This document shows positions 39,844 to 49,195 of a DNA stretch of 64,000 nt, in pieces. The stretch spans positions 7,067 to 71,066 of the forward strand of contig JAZUFB010000054.1 of assembly GCA_045640475.1 (NCBI GenBank). Reading direction: 5' to 3'. Source of the stretch: Clostridia bacterium. GTDB lineage: Bacteria > Bacillota > Clostridia > Christensenellales > Aristaeellaceae. How positions within the stretch are numbered: position 1 is the first letter of the stretch; each line of letters begins with the position of its first letter. The notes beneath the pieces were generated by a model. That model did no database searches. It worked only from the letters and a program-made list of their open reading frames with translations, and had not been told where the DNA came from. The translations under genes and the position numbers were made by a program.

Positions 39844-42177
39844 ATGCCGAATCCGGAAGAGATTTCCGCGACCGATTCTCCAAACAAGAAACAATCTCTG
39901 CATTCTTTTTTTCAAAAAATATTTGGTGCCAGAGAAAGAAGGATCTTTCTTCTGTTTCTCGTGTCAACCATCCTGATCTATGGAATCTATCTGCTTGTTT
40001 GCGCACCTAAAAGATACAATCTGAAGGTCGGCTCCATCGCCCATGAAACGATCACCGCCACAAAAGACGTGATTGACGAAGTCGCTACCGAAGAAAGGCG
40101 CAACAATGCTGCTTCATCGGTAGAGCCCACGTATCATTTTCAGGAAGGTGTTGCTGAACAGGTCGTCAGCGATCTTGACAATATTTTCTCTGAGCTTCGA
40201 TTGATTCAACAATATGGCCTTACACTGCGCGACGGAAACGAAACACAAGCACAGATGCGGTCAAAAGAATTTACTGACGACGAGATCACCTACGCGAATG
40301 ATCTGGCCCAAACAGATTCCTGGAGCCGATATCAGATCATCACCCTTCTCCGTACAGACACTCCCGATTTTGAAAACATGGTTTCCACAGTCGAAACAGC
40401 CGTTTCCAATTCCATGACATCCACGATCCGGGAAGGACAGACTAATCAGGCGATACAGAACATCATCCAAATTGTCGGGTACCGGTTGGATGTATCTCTG
40501 ACGCAAAATGTGGTTCCGACAGTTTTACGTGCGTGTATCCGTCCCAACATGATCATTGATCAGGAAGCCACAGAAATCAACCGTGAAAACGCAAGGGCGG
40601 CAGTTGAAAATGTAACCTATCTGCAAGGCCAGAATATCATCCGGGAAGGGGAGCGAGTCAACAGTAACCAGATCGAAATGTTGCGTTCCCTTGGTCTTTT
40701 GAAAGACAATCAATACGACTTTTCTACCTATTGGGGGGCCGCCATTCTCGTATTCCTTTGTATGTTTGGTCTTTATATCCTTCTCAGGATCCTGACACCT
40801 ACGATTCTGGAAGACGCCAGAAAACTTTTGGTGACTCTGATCGTGATCGTTTTGTCAGTTGGGATTGCTGTCTGTTTCCTGAAGCTCTTCAACGCTTACT
40901 TTATCCCTTTGTCCCTTGGATGCATGCTGCTGACTGTATTACTGGGTTCCAGTGTCGGTTTTGTATCTATTATTCCGCTGGCTATTTTAATAGCCGGACT
41001 TTCAGCAGGAAGCAATGCCGGATATCTCAATGAAATGCTGCATCTGTTCTTGATGAGCTGTATTTCCGGAATCGTATCGGTCCAGTTTTTGTCCAATAAG
41101 CCCATGCGTACGCGTTTGATCCTTTCAGGCCTGCTCTCTGCCATTCTGAATGCATTGATCGTCATTGCCCTGACCGCGATGACCTCTTCAGACCTGAATG
41201 CCAGTTTCGCTAACATCGGATGGGCATGCGGAGGCGCTTTTGTAAGTGGCATTCTTGCTCTTTCACTCCAGCCGATATTTGAGAATGTTTTCCATCTGGC
41301 AACCGCATCCAAACTTCTCGAACTGGTCAATCCCGATCAACCGCTTCTTCGTCGGCTTTTGATCGAAGCGCCCGGAACTTACCATCATTCCATCGTAGTC
41401 GCCAATCTTGCTGAAGCTGCGGCTGAACGTGTCGGAGGAAATTCCTTGCTGGCCAGAGCTGGGGCTTATTATCACGATATCGGGAAATTAAAGCGTCCGC
41501 AGTATTTCAGTGAAAACCAGATGGGTACCAATCCGCACGACAATACGGATCCCTATATTTCTTCCGCAATCATTACAAGCCATACAAGTGACGGTGTTTT
41601 TCTTGCGCAGCAGGAACATTTACCGACTGAAATTCAGGAAATCATTTCTCAACATCACGGAGACACAGCAACCATGTTCTTCTACCATAAAGCACTGCAA
41701 ATGGCTAACGGATCGCCGATCGATGTCAATGATTTCAGATATAACGAGAAGCGTCCGCAAACCAAAGAAGCAACCATTGTTATGCTTGCCGATACAGTTG
41801 AAGCAGCAGTAAGATCCATGAAAGATCCGACACCGAACGGAATACGCAAATTTATCGAGCGTTTGATCCGTACCAAATTGGAAGACGGTCAGTTAACAGA
41901 TTCACCGATCCTCATTTGTGATCTGGACGACATTGCAGATGCTTTTACAAACGTCCTTAAGGGTGTTTTCCATGAACGTATCGAGTATCCCAAAATGTCT
42001 GTGCAGGCACAGGCAGCTATGCAGCAACTCTCTCAGGTCATGAAAGAGAATGCACGTTCATCAACAGAAAAAGTGAGTGAACCACTCCAGCAGGCATCAT
42101 CAAAGCCCACAGCAGCGGATGTATCGGCAACTAATAATGATAAAAAAGAAGAAAGCAGGATTCCTAATGAAAATTGA
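39844..42177 (+). CDS. pgpH: 7TM-HD phosphohydrolase (PgpH-like c-di-AMP phosphodiesterase)
   Basis: N-terminal TM, extracellular 7TMR-HDED, multiple TMs, EAPGTYHHS, YYHDIGK, HHG, LADTVEAA. Confidence 0.88.
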   Translation: MPNPEEISATDSPNKKQSLHSFFQKIFGARERRIFLLFLVSTILIYGIYLLVCAPKRYNLKVGSIAHETITATKDVIDEVATEERRNNAASSVEPTYHFQEGVAEQVVSDLDNIFSELRLIQQYGLTLRDGNETQAQMRSKEFTDDEITYANDLAQTDSWSRYQIITLLRTDTPDFENMVSTVETAVSNSMTSTIREGQTNQAIQNIIQIVGYRLDVSLTQNVVPTVLRACIRPNMIIDQEATEINRENARAAVENVTYLQGQNIIREGERVNSNQIEMLRSLGLLKDNQYDFSTYWGAAILVFLCMFGLYILLRILTPTILEDARKLLVTLIVIVLSVGIAVCFLKLFNAYFIPLSLGCMLLTVLLGSSVGFVSIIPLAILIAGLSAGSNAGYLNEMLHLFLMSCISGIVSVQFLSNKPMRTRLILSGLLSAILNALIVIALTAMTSSDLNASFANIGWACGGAFVSGILALSLQPIFENVFHLATASKLLELVNPDQPLLRRLLIEAPGTYHHSIVVANLAEAAAERVGGNSLLARAGAYYHDIGKLKRPQYFSENQMGTNPHDNTDPYISSAIITSHTSDGVFLAQQEHLPTEIQEIISQHHGDTATMFFYHKALQMANGSPIDVNDFRYNEKRPQTKEATIVMLADTVEAAVRSMKDPTPNGIRKFIERLIRTKLEDGQLTDSPILICDLDDIADAFTNVLKGVFHERIEYPKMSVQAQAAMQQLSQVMKENARSSTEKVSEPLQQASSKPTAADVSATNNDKKEESRIPNEN

Positions 42178-43060
42178 GTGGCAGATCGATTGCGATGTTC
42201 CCTCCGGGATCCATAGTCTGATGCAATGCGCTTCAGATGCAGCCCAAATGACAGAAAAACTTGATCTACCTTGTTTCGTTTCCGTCAGACTTTGCGATGA
42301 CAAAGCCATCCATGAGATCAATAAGCAATACAGGAATGTCGATGCTTCCACTGACGTGCTTTCCTTTCCGAGTGTAAACTGGAAAAACGGAGCCACCGCA
42401 GGAACCCATCCTGAAAAGCTAAAGCTGGAATATGATGACTTACAGAACTGCTATTTTCTTGGAGATATCATCATATCGGTAGAACATGCGATCCGGCAGG
42501 CTGAGGAGTACGGTCACGATACAGAACGGGAAATGGCCTACCTCCTGGTACACGGCTTGTTTCACCTGATGGGCTATGATCATATGAAAGAAGAAGACAA
42601 AATTGCAATGCGCGCACAGGAAGAAAAAGCGCTTTCTTCGATTGGACTGAGCAGGGAAGGACAAACTTCTGCATATAACGATGAAATCCTTCTCGCGATG
42701 GCCCGTGAAGCCATGAAACGCAGTTATTCGATCTACAGTCATTATCCCGTAGGCGCCGCTCTTCATTGTACTGACGGCAGGATCTTTCAAGGATGTAATA
42801 TTGAAAATGCATCCTTTGGCTTGACCAATTGTGCAGAGCGGACTGCAATCTTCAAGGCGGTAAGTGAGGGGGCTAAGTCTTTTGATGCCATTGCTATTGC
42901 ATCAAAAGAATCCGCACCGTGGCCCTGCGGTGCCTGCAGACAGGTTTTGAACGAGTTCGCGCCTGACATCCGTGTCCTTGTCACATGGGGAGAAGGGCAG
43001 AAAGACGAAATGTCCCTCAAAGAACTCCTTCCTCATGGCTTTGGACCGGAATCCTTATAA
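42167..43060 (+). CDS. ybeY-cdd: Fused endoribonuclease YbeY + cytidine deaminase
   Basis: TDVLSFP, LGDIIIS, HGLFHLMGYDH (YbeY); GCNIENAS, CAERTA, PCGACRQ (Cdd) in one frame. Confidence 0.9.
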   Translation: MKIEWQIDCDVPSGIHSLMQCASDAAQMTEKLDLPCFVSVRLCDDKAIHEINKQYRNVDASTDVLSFPSVNWKNGATAGTHPEKLKLEYDDLQNCYFLGDIIISVEHAIRQAEEYGHDTEREMAYLLVHGLFHLMGYDHMKEEDKIAMRAQEEKALSSIGLSREGQTSAYNDEILLAMAREAMKRSYSIYSHYPVGAALHCTDGRIFQGCNIENASFGLTNCAERTAIFKAVSEGAKSFDAIAIASKESAPWPCGACRQVLNEFAPDIRVLVTWGEGQKDEMSLKELLPHGFGPESL

Positions 43061-43078
43061 GAATGAGAGGCAATCAAC

Positions 43079-43969
43079 ATGAAAAACAAGCAGTTTAAAT
43101 CCGGTTTTGTCACCATTGTCGGTAAACCGAACGCCGGTAAATCCACCATCATGAATGCAATGATCGGCGAAAAGATCGCAATCGTTTCCAATAAGCCACA
43201 AACGACCCGCAATCGGATCATGGGTGTTGTTTCCGACGAAGCCTATCAAATCGTCTTTCTGGATACACCCGGCATACATGAACCCAAAAACAAATTGGGT
43301 GAGTATATGATGAAAACAGTTCACGATGCCATGGACGGCATGGACTGTGTACTTGTTGTTGCCGATGCCTCACATTTGACCGATGCAGATACGAAGGTCA
43401 TCCAAAGTATGTCCGAAGTAAAAGTCCCAAAGATCCTCGCACTCAACAAAACTGACTTAACAGAACCTTCGGCACTTCTGAAGACCATCGACAACCTTAA
43501 AGAATACGGGTATCACGATATTATTCCTGTCAGCGGCAAAACAGAAGAAGGACTTGAGGAACTGAAAAAGCTGATCGTTTCCTACCTTCCCGAAGGTCCC
43601 CAATATTTCCCTGATGATATGATTACCGACCAGCCTGAAAGACTCATTTGCGCCGAAATCATCCGTGAAAAAGCCCTGCATCATCTTCGGGATGAAGTTC
43701 CGCACGGTATCGGCGTTGAAATGATGGGTATGGAGAAAAAGAACGATCATTTTATGGAGATCAACGCGACGATCTATTGCGAGAAAGATACCCATAAAGG
43801 CATTATTATCGGAAAACAGGGAAGCATGTTAAAAATCATCGGAACCGAAGCCAGAGAAGATATTGAAAAATTGCTTGGTTACCATGTAACCCTGAAACTC
43901 TGGGTCAAGATCCGGGAAGACTGGAGAAACAGGAAAGACGAATTACGAAACCTCGGTTATGATGCATAA
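43079..43969 (+). CDS. era: GTPase Era
   Basis: GKPNAGKST, KPQTTR, DTPG, NKTD, KH domain GIIIGKQG. Confidence 0.97.
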   Translation: MKNKQFKSGFVTIVGKPNAGKSTIMNAMIGEKIAIVSNKPQTTRNRIMGVVSDEAYQIVFLDTPGIHEPKNKLGEYMMKTVHDAMDGMDCVLVVADASHLTDADTKVIQSMSEVKVPKILALNKTDLTEPSALLKTIDNLKEYGYHDIIPVSGKTEEGLEELKKLIVSYLPEGPQYFPDDMITDQPERLICAEIIREKALHHLRDEVPHGIGVEMMGMEKKNDHFMEINATIYCEKDTHKGIIIGKQGSMLKIIGTEAREDIEKLLGYHVTLKLWVKIREDWRNRKDELRNLGYDA

Positions 43970-43971
43970 AC

Positions 43972-44003
43972 AAAAGGGGAGTGCACAAGGCATTCCCCTT
44001 TTT
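43972..44003. terminator. Bidirectional terminator
   Basis: AAAAGGGGAGTGC-loop-GCATTCCCCTTTTT. Confidence 0.85.
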
Positions 44004-44012
44004 ACACGCTAT

Positions 44013-45185
44013 TTATTCCATGATTTGATAGATACCGCATTTCAAATATTGGGTTTCAGGAGAAGCAGGCAGGATCGGATGATCCTTTCCCTGTGTACGG
44101 AACTCAACCTGACGTAGCGTAACACGTGCATCTTTCGCTGCCTCCATCACAATTTCACGGAACATATCGGGTAAAATGTGTTGGGAGCATGAGCAGGTGA
44201 TCAGATAACCGCCGGGCTTAACCATTTTCATGGCTCTGAGATTGATTTCTTTATAGCCGCGCCTTGCGCTTTCAATGGCCGAACGCGTTTTTGTAAATGC
44301 CGGTGGGTCCAGAATAACAACATCATATTTGGTTCCGTTACGACTTTGTTCAGCAAGGAGATCAAAAGCGTTTGCTTCCACAAAGCGAACTCTGTCTTCC
44401 AAACCGTTCAGTTTTGCGTTTTCTGTCGCAAATTCACATGCATAAGCGGATATATCGACACCAATGACTTCTTTTGCGCCATAGTGTCCCGCATGAAGTG
44501 CAAAACTTCCGGTATGGGTAAAACAGTCAAGCACCGTTTTGTCCTTTACGAAAGGTGCAATTGCGGCTCTATTTTCTTTTTGATCAAGAAAGAAACCGGT
44601 TTTTTGTCCTTCTTTGACATCCACAAGAAAGCGGACACCGTTTTCAGTCATTTCAACACGATCCGGAACGCTACCGTATAATAAACCAGTCGTCAGTTCC
44701 ATGCCTTCAAGCCTACGTACTGGAACATCGTTCCGCTCCCAGATCCCTGCCGGTTGTAAAAATTCAACCAAAGCATCAACAACATCCTGTTTGAAGCGTT
44801 CCATGCCAAGTGCAAGGCACTGTATGACCAGCACATCGCCAAAGCTGTCAACGATCAGTGCCGGCAAGCGGTCGCTTTCCGCAAAAATCAAACGACAGCT
44901 ATGAAGGTCTGCAAATGTACGTCTATAATCAATTGCCTCCTTAACGCGACGGAAGATAAAGGCCCGATCGATTTCTTCGTCTTTGTAGGAAAGGATCCGC
45001 AGCGTGATCTGACTGTTGGGATTATAGAAAGCTTTGGCAAGGAATTTTCCTTTGGATGACATAATCGAGACAACATCACCGGGTTGTGTTCCTTCGTCAA
45101 CATGGTCAATATCACTTCTGAAAACCCAAGGATGACCGCTATAGACTCTTTTTTCTTTTCCCTGGATCAAAATTGCATTGGACAT
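44013..45185 (-). CDS. rlmI: RlmI-like class I SAM-dependent rRNA methyltransferase (PUA domain)
   Basis: GHPWVF, GQKTGFFLDQKENR, LDPPAF, TCSCS, YLKC. Confidence 0.85.
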   Translation of the reverse strand: MSNAILIQGKEKRVYSGHPWVFRSDIDHVDEGTQPGDVVSIMSSKGKFLAKAFYNPNSQITLRILSYKDEEIDRAFIFRRVKEAIDYRRTFADLHSCRLIFAESDRLPALIVDSFGDVLVIQCLALGMERFKQDVVDALVEFLQPAGIWERNDVPVRRLEGMELTTGLLYGSVPDRVEMTENGVRFLVDVKEGQKTGFFLDQKENRAAIAPFVKDKTVLDCFTHTGSFALHAGHYGAKEVIGVDISAYACEFATENAKLNGLEDRVRFVEANAFDLLAEQSRNGTKYDVVILDPPAFTKTRSAIESARRGYKEINLRAMKMVKPGGYLITCSCSQHILPDMFREIVMEAAKDARVTLRQVEFRTQGKDHPILPASPETQYLKCGIYQIME

Positions 45186-45324
45186 AGAAGCCTCACTCCA
45201 TTCGTTGAATAAACAAAGCTATTCTAAGAATTAACTTCTTTTTCGTCAAGACCTGATCGGCATTCATGACGCTTCTTTCATTTTATGATATAATACTATT
45301 GTTACGAAAGGTGATGAATTCAAA

Positions 45325-45501
45325 GTGAAGGAAAATATAAAGTGCGTGTTATATGACCGTGATTGTATTGAATGCGGTGAATGTGACCGTTGTGACCTCG
45401 ATCCGGATAAAATCTGCGATAACTGTATGAAATGTGTTAATGGTGATAATGATTATCGCGGAATCGAAATCGATGATATCGTTTTTGAAGACCCTCAATA
45501 A
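45325..45501 (+). CDS. Small cysteine-rich protein, 58 aa (not in ORF track)
   Basis: GTG start after AAAGGTGA; MKENIKCVLYDRDCIECGECDRCDLDPDKICDNCMKCVNGDNDYRGIEIDDIVFEDPQ*; extended -10 TGATATAAT upstream. Confidence 0.8.
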   Translation: MKENIKCVLYDRDCIECGECDRCDLDPDKICDNCMKCVNGDNDYRGIEIDDIVFEDPQ

Positions 45502-45981
45502 TCAGTATTCCAGCAATTGTGCATCGAATTGTCCGGCATTGATTGTAATCAGAGCCGCACGTCCTTTTTTTGCGGTACCCGGATTAACCAACAGGCAGGA
45601 ACGCATTTCCCAGTTTGCAACATGCGTATGTCCATACAGGATCAGACTGCAATCTTTATCTCCGGCAAAATGTTCGATCTCGCTTAAATCGCTTTTTACA
45701 TGAAAACGATGTCCATGTGTCAAAAAGACTCGTATGCCTTCCAATTCAATGATTTTCCAATCGGGGAGATGGGGAGCAAAATCGCAATTACCGGCGACCT
45801 CCCAAAATTCTGCAGGACCGTTGATCTTGTTCAGATAATTCTGAATGTGCTCAAAATCATGGATACCATCACCGCAATGGATAAAGCCATTTATCGGACC
45901 ATGTTCCTTAACGATTTCTTCCGCCAACCATCTTAATTCATCCGTATCACCATGGCTGTCACTGAATACAGCGATCTTCAT
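45502..45981 (-). CDS. YfcE/YsnB-family metallophosphoesterase
   Basis: SDSHG, HCGD, GNCD, THGH, GHTH, NPG. Confidence 0.92.
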   Translation of the reverse strand: MKIAVFSDSHGDTDELRWLAEEIVKEHGPINGFIHCGDGIHDFEHIQNYLNKINGPAEFWEVAGNCDFAPHLPDWKIIELEGIRVFLTHGHRFHVKSDLSEIEHFAGDKDCSLILYGHTHVANWEMRSCLLVNPGTAKKGRAALITINAGQFDAQLLEY

Positions 45982-46045
45982 TTATGTCGTTTAGTCCTTT
46001 CCATAGACTTAATTCATACAGTTATTGGGGGAGTACTTTTATTTA

Positions 46046-46081
46046 TATCTCTTCGTAAAATAGCAATTTTACGAAGAGATA
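46046..46081. repeat. Perfect 16-bp inverted repeat
   Basis: TATCTCTTCGTAAAAT-agca-ATTTTACGAAGAGATA. Confidence 0.85.
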
Positions 46082-46511
46082 GATATCTTTCTGAAAAGAT
46101 ACCGAAATCAGACAAACAGACTGTATCGTCAGGCGTTCCAACTGCGTTTGCTGATCATATTACTATGTGATGTTCCAATAATCTTTTATTGTGCTATCAA
46201 ATCTATTTTTCTATTCATGATCAAAGCATTTTCGTTTTTCGTCGTTCTGAGAGCGTTTTTTGAACCGGTACACGATCAAATCCATCCATTAACTTTCCAG
46301 AAAACAATTTTGAACAAGCCATCCGATCAGTCCAGTATTCATTAAGCATACACCGTTTTGAGATCCAATATCGGTTCATTCCTCTTGTTGGCCTTACCTG
46401 TTGGTTTGCTTTATAGCTTCAATCCATTGTTCTGGATACTTCAAGAAGATTTCATGAAATCATATTGAATGCGTTCTTTCCTTTTGTATACAGTATACAT
46501 ACACTATATTT

Positions 46512-48284
46512 TCAGACGGTGACCTGATAGACCTGATAATCCCCGGGTTTGACAGATAGCTCAAATACAGTTTCTTTGTCATTTTGATAAAGCGGCGGAA
46601 TTATAAACGTTTTTTTGCCCATAAATCCATTCATCAACGGCATTTCAAGCCCACTGCACTTCCCTTTCGCATGGATTCTGACTTTAGTCGGCTGTGAAGC
46701 CGATGTCACATAACGGTAAAGGATAAATGCTTTATTATCGTACATGAAAATGCTGGTATTGGTCTCGCCTTCTATCCAGATTCCATTCACCGGGAATTCT
46801 TCACGTATCCTGCTGATGGTTTCAGTCGGAAGCTTATAAAGATCCGGAAAATTATCCGGAACTGCAAGCGTATACATCGCACCCTTGCCATAAGTATCAC
46901 GGATCAAAATACCGAAGCTTTCTTCATCTTTGGCGATTTTCACAAGCGCCCAGCTGGCATTATTCCTGAATTCACATACTGGATATGTAACTGCTTCTGG
47001 GCCATTGACATATGAAACACGCGAGAAACGGTCAGTTGTTTCAACCCGGTAATGGCTTCCAGTAATTTTTCTGTCAGAAACCTCAACAGAAGTCATAGCA
47101 GCAATACCACGATTATGCAAAGCTTTAACAAATCCGTTTGTAACAATAGCTTTTCCGCCTGCAGCAACATAGGCTTCAAGTTTATTGAAAACTTCAGGAT
47201 CGCATGCCGAAGAGGCCGTCATCAGGATAACAGGCACATGATCCGGGAAATACGGTGAACATACGACCGGCAAGCCACACATCCCCAGAAAATCCTGAAT
47301 ATTGTCTTCACCATGTGCGTTATCCGGCAGATAAGCAGTAATACCGACGGGATTCCCAACATAATCCAGAACTTCATCCAAACGGTCAAGCTGAAATCCA
47401 AGAGCTGGCACATACATGCTGTTCAGAAGTGCCTGAAAACAGAACATCATCAATTCCTTCGGTTTTGAAAACGCCGTCAGATAAGCTTGTTCAAGATATT
47501 GCTCGGTGATGTGCAGGTCAAATGGATCAAACCATCCACCACCGTTATGGTCCGGCCACATATTTTCAAAGTATGTCATCAGAGAATAACTCAGATATCT
47601 GGGGAGATGTTGATCTGTGGTGACTGTATCACGAGCTTCGGTACCGGTATAGATCCTGTCAAACATTTTCCGTTGAGACGCGGGATTATATCCGGTCTGC
47701 TGATAACTCTCTGCCCAGTTCGGATATTTAATGGTAATTCTGCAATCCGGATTTGCTTTTTTTGCAGGAGCAATCATGTAGTCTTTACTGACTTTTTCCA
47801 TCAAGCCTAACCGATAGGCACTCCACGATCCGTCCGTGATGCCATGGTTCCTGTTATAATCCTCTTTCCCTCTTCTGCATGCAGCACAGGTACAATTCGT
47901 AAAGAAAAAATCATCAATGATAAACTCATTGTAGTGCTTGCCAAGAAACTCACTGACTTCCATCAGTTTTTGGATCATCACGGGATCATTATAGCAAAAG
48001 GTATCAAAAAGGCGTTGCTTAGAAACCTGTCCGTCAGGCGTTGGCATAGTTGTAGTAATGCCTCCTGCAACTTCAACTCCATGACGATCAAAAATGCTTT
48101 TGCATGTTTCAACCTGCTCATGTGTAGCCATTACACCTGAACGGAAGGGTTCCAGATATACTTTGTCAGGACGCATGTATTTTTCAAAAAAGGCTATTTC
48201 TTTCTCCAGTTGCTCTTCCTGGACATTGGCGGTTTCCTGTGCCACAAAATAATATACAAGTTTGAAATTCTTGTAATTACCCAT
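46512..48284 (-). CDS. Uncharacterised cytoplasmic protein with glycoside-hydrolase-like TIM barrel (GH42-like architecture)
   Basis: FCYND, FIIDDFFF, CTCAAC, IKYPNW, GTEARD; no TM or signal peptide. Confidence 0.6.
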   Translation of the reverse strand: MGNYKNFKLVYYFVAQETANVQEEQLEKEIAFFEKYMRPDKVYLEPFRSGVMATHEQVETCKSIFDRHGVEVAGGITTTMPTPDGQVSKQRLFDTFCYNDPVMIQKLMEVSEFLGKHYNEFIIDDFFFTNCTCAACRRGKEDYNRNHGITDGSWSAYRLGLMEKVSKDYMIAPAKKANPDCRITIKYPNWAESYQQTGYNPASQRKMFDRIYTGTEARDTVTTDQHLPRYLSYSLMTYFENMWPDHNGGGWFDPFDLHITEQYLEQAYLTAFSKPKELMMFCFQALLNSMYVPALGFQLDRLDEVLDYVGNPVGITAYLPDNAHGEDNIQDFLGMCGLPVVCSPYFPDHVPVILMTASSACDPEVFNKLEAYVAAGGKAIVTNGFVKALHNRGIAAMTSVEVSDRKITGSHYRVETTDRFSRVSYVNGPEAVTYPVCEFRNNASWALVKIAKDEESFGILIRDTYGKGAMYTLAVPDNFPDLYKLPTETISRIREEFPVNGIWIEGETNTSIFMYDNKAFILYRYVTSASQPTKVRIHAKGKCSGLEMPLMNGFMGKKTFIIPPLYQNDKETVFELSVKPGDYQVYQVTV

Positions 48285-48332
48285 AATTACACTCCTTTAA
48301 TGAAGCCTATTGATGATTGATTATTTGCTGAT

Positions 48333-48404
48333 AATATATCATGACCGATAATCAAATACAAGACAGTGAATGGATTTGTCGGTCATTCGTGAATATGGTA
48401 TAAT
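48333..48404. promoter_or_regulatory. Back-to-back divergent sigmaA promoters sharing an inverted TCGGTCAT motif
   Basis: + strand TTGTCG-17-TATAAT (48376-48404); - strand TTGTAT-17-TATATT (48361-48333); both have extended TG. Confidence 0.55.
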
Positions 48405-48432
48405 AGTGGAAGCGGCTGGAGGTGATTAGAAT

Positions 48433-49185
48433 ATGTTATCGGTCAAGGAAGCTTTCTGCAGACAGATCTGTCTGGATTATTGTCTGAAAGAAACAGACCT
48501 CACAGATCGGAAGAATCACTTTACTGTATTCTCACCTCTTGACGGGAGAAGGACATGGCAGGATGATCAAAAGACTTTTCTGAAAGCGGTGTGCTTTAAC
48601 AATCATCTCTTTATGACTGGAGAACAGGAGATCATCCGTCTTTGTGAGGAAAATTTCAAGGATTTTTCGGGCGAATGGTTCATGGATCTGAAGATCATAC
48701 GTCAATTGAGCGAAATCCTTCTTCCATTCGGCATACGACCTGAAAGTATGCATCCTTTCTTTCTACCGAAGGAACCCCTGGCAGTCACAAAACCTTCATT
48801 TGAGGTTGTACGATATAACGCTGAGGAAATCGAAGCATTCAGAGAAGACAAGCGGTTTACGGATGCATACGCATTTGATCCGGTGGCACGGGACATGCTT
48901 GGAATTGCCGCGGTGGATCAGGACGGCAATATTCTTGGCATGGCAGGTGCCAGTTGTGACGGAAAGTATCTTTGGCAAATCGGAATCAATGTTCTTCCAC
49001 AGGCTCGCGGCAAGCATATAGCGTCGTCTTTGGTCAACTTATTATCCCATGATGTGATCAAGGCCGGCAGGATCCCTTTCTATGGCACCGCACTTTCTCA
49101 CATCATCTCCCAAAAAGTTGCTTTTGATGCGGGATATATTCCCGGATGGTCTGAACTCTCCACTTCTACGATCAGTAAAGGATGA
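48433..49185 (+). CDS. GNAT-family N-acetyltransferase
   Basis: WQIGINVLPQARGKHIA acetyl-CoA motif A, IPFYGT, SQKVA..AGY. Confidence 0.85.
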   Translation: MLSVKEAFCRQICLDYCLKETDLTDRKNHFTVFSPLDGRRTWQDDQKTFLKAVCFNNHLFMTGEQEIIRLCEENFKDFSGEWFMDLKIIRQLSEILLPFGIRPESMHPFFLPKEPLAVTKPSFEVVRYNAEEIEAFREDKRFTDAYAFDPVARDMLGIAAVDQDGNILGMAGASCDGKYLWQIGINVLPQARGKHIASSLVNLLSHDVIKAGRIPFYGTALSHIISQKVAFDAGYIPGWSELSTSTISKG

Positions 49186-49195
49186 CTTGATCTGT

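Noticed and set aside
46100-46160. c-di-GMP riboswitch or 6S RNA
   Set aside because: Only a partial GCAAAC resemblance; the tetraloop/receptor or long rod with central bubble is not evident
49082-49195. 104-nt overlap of the recombinase ORF with the GNAT gene
   Set aside because: ATG 49196 has an RBS and removes the overlap
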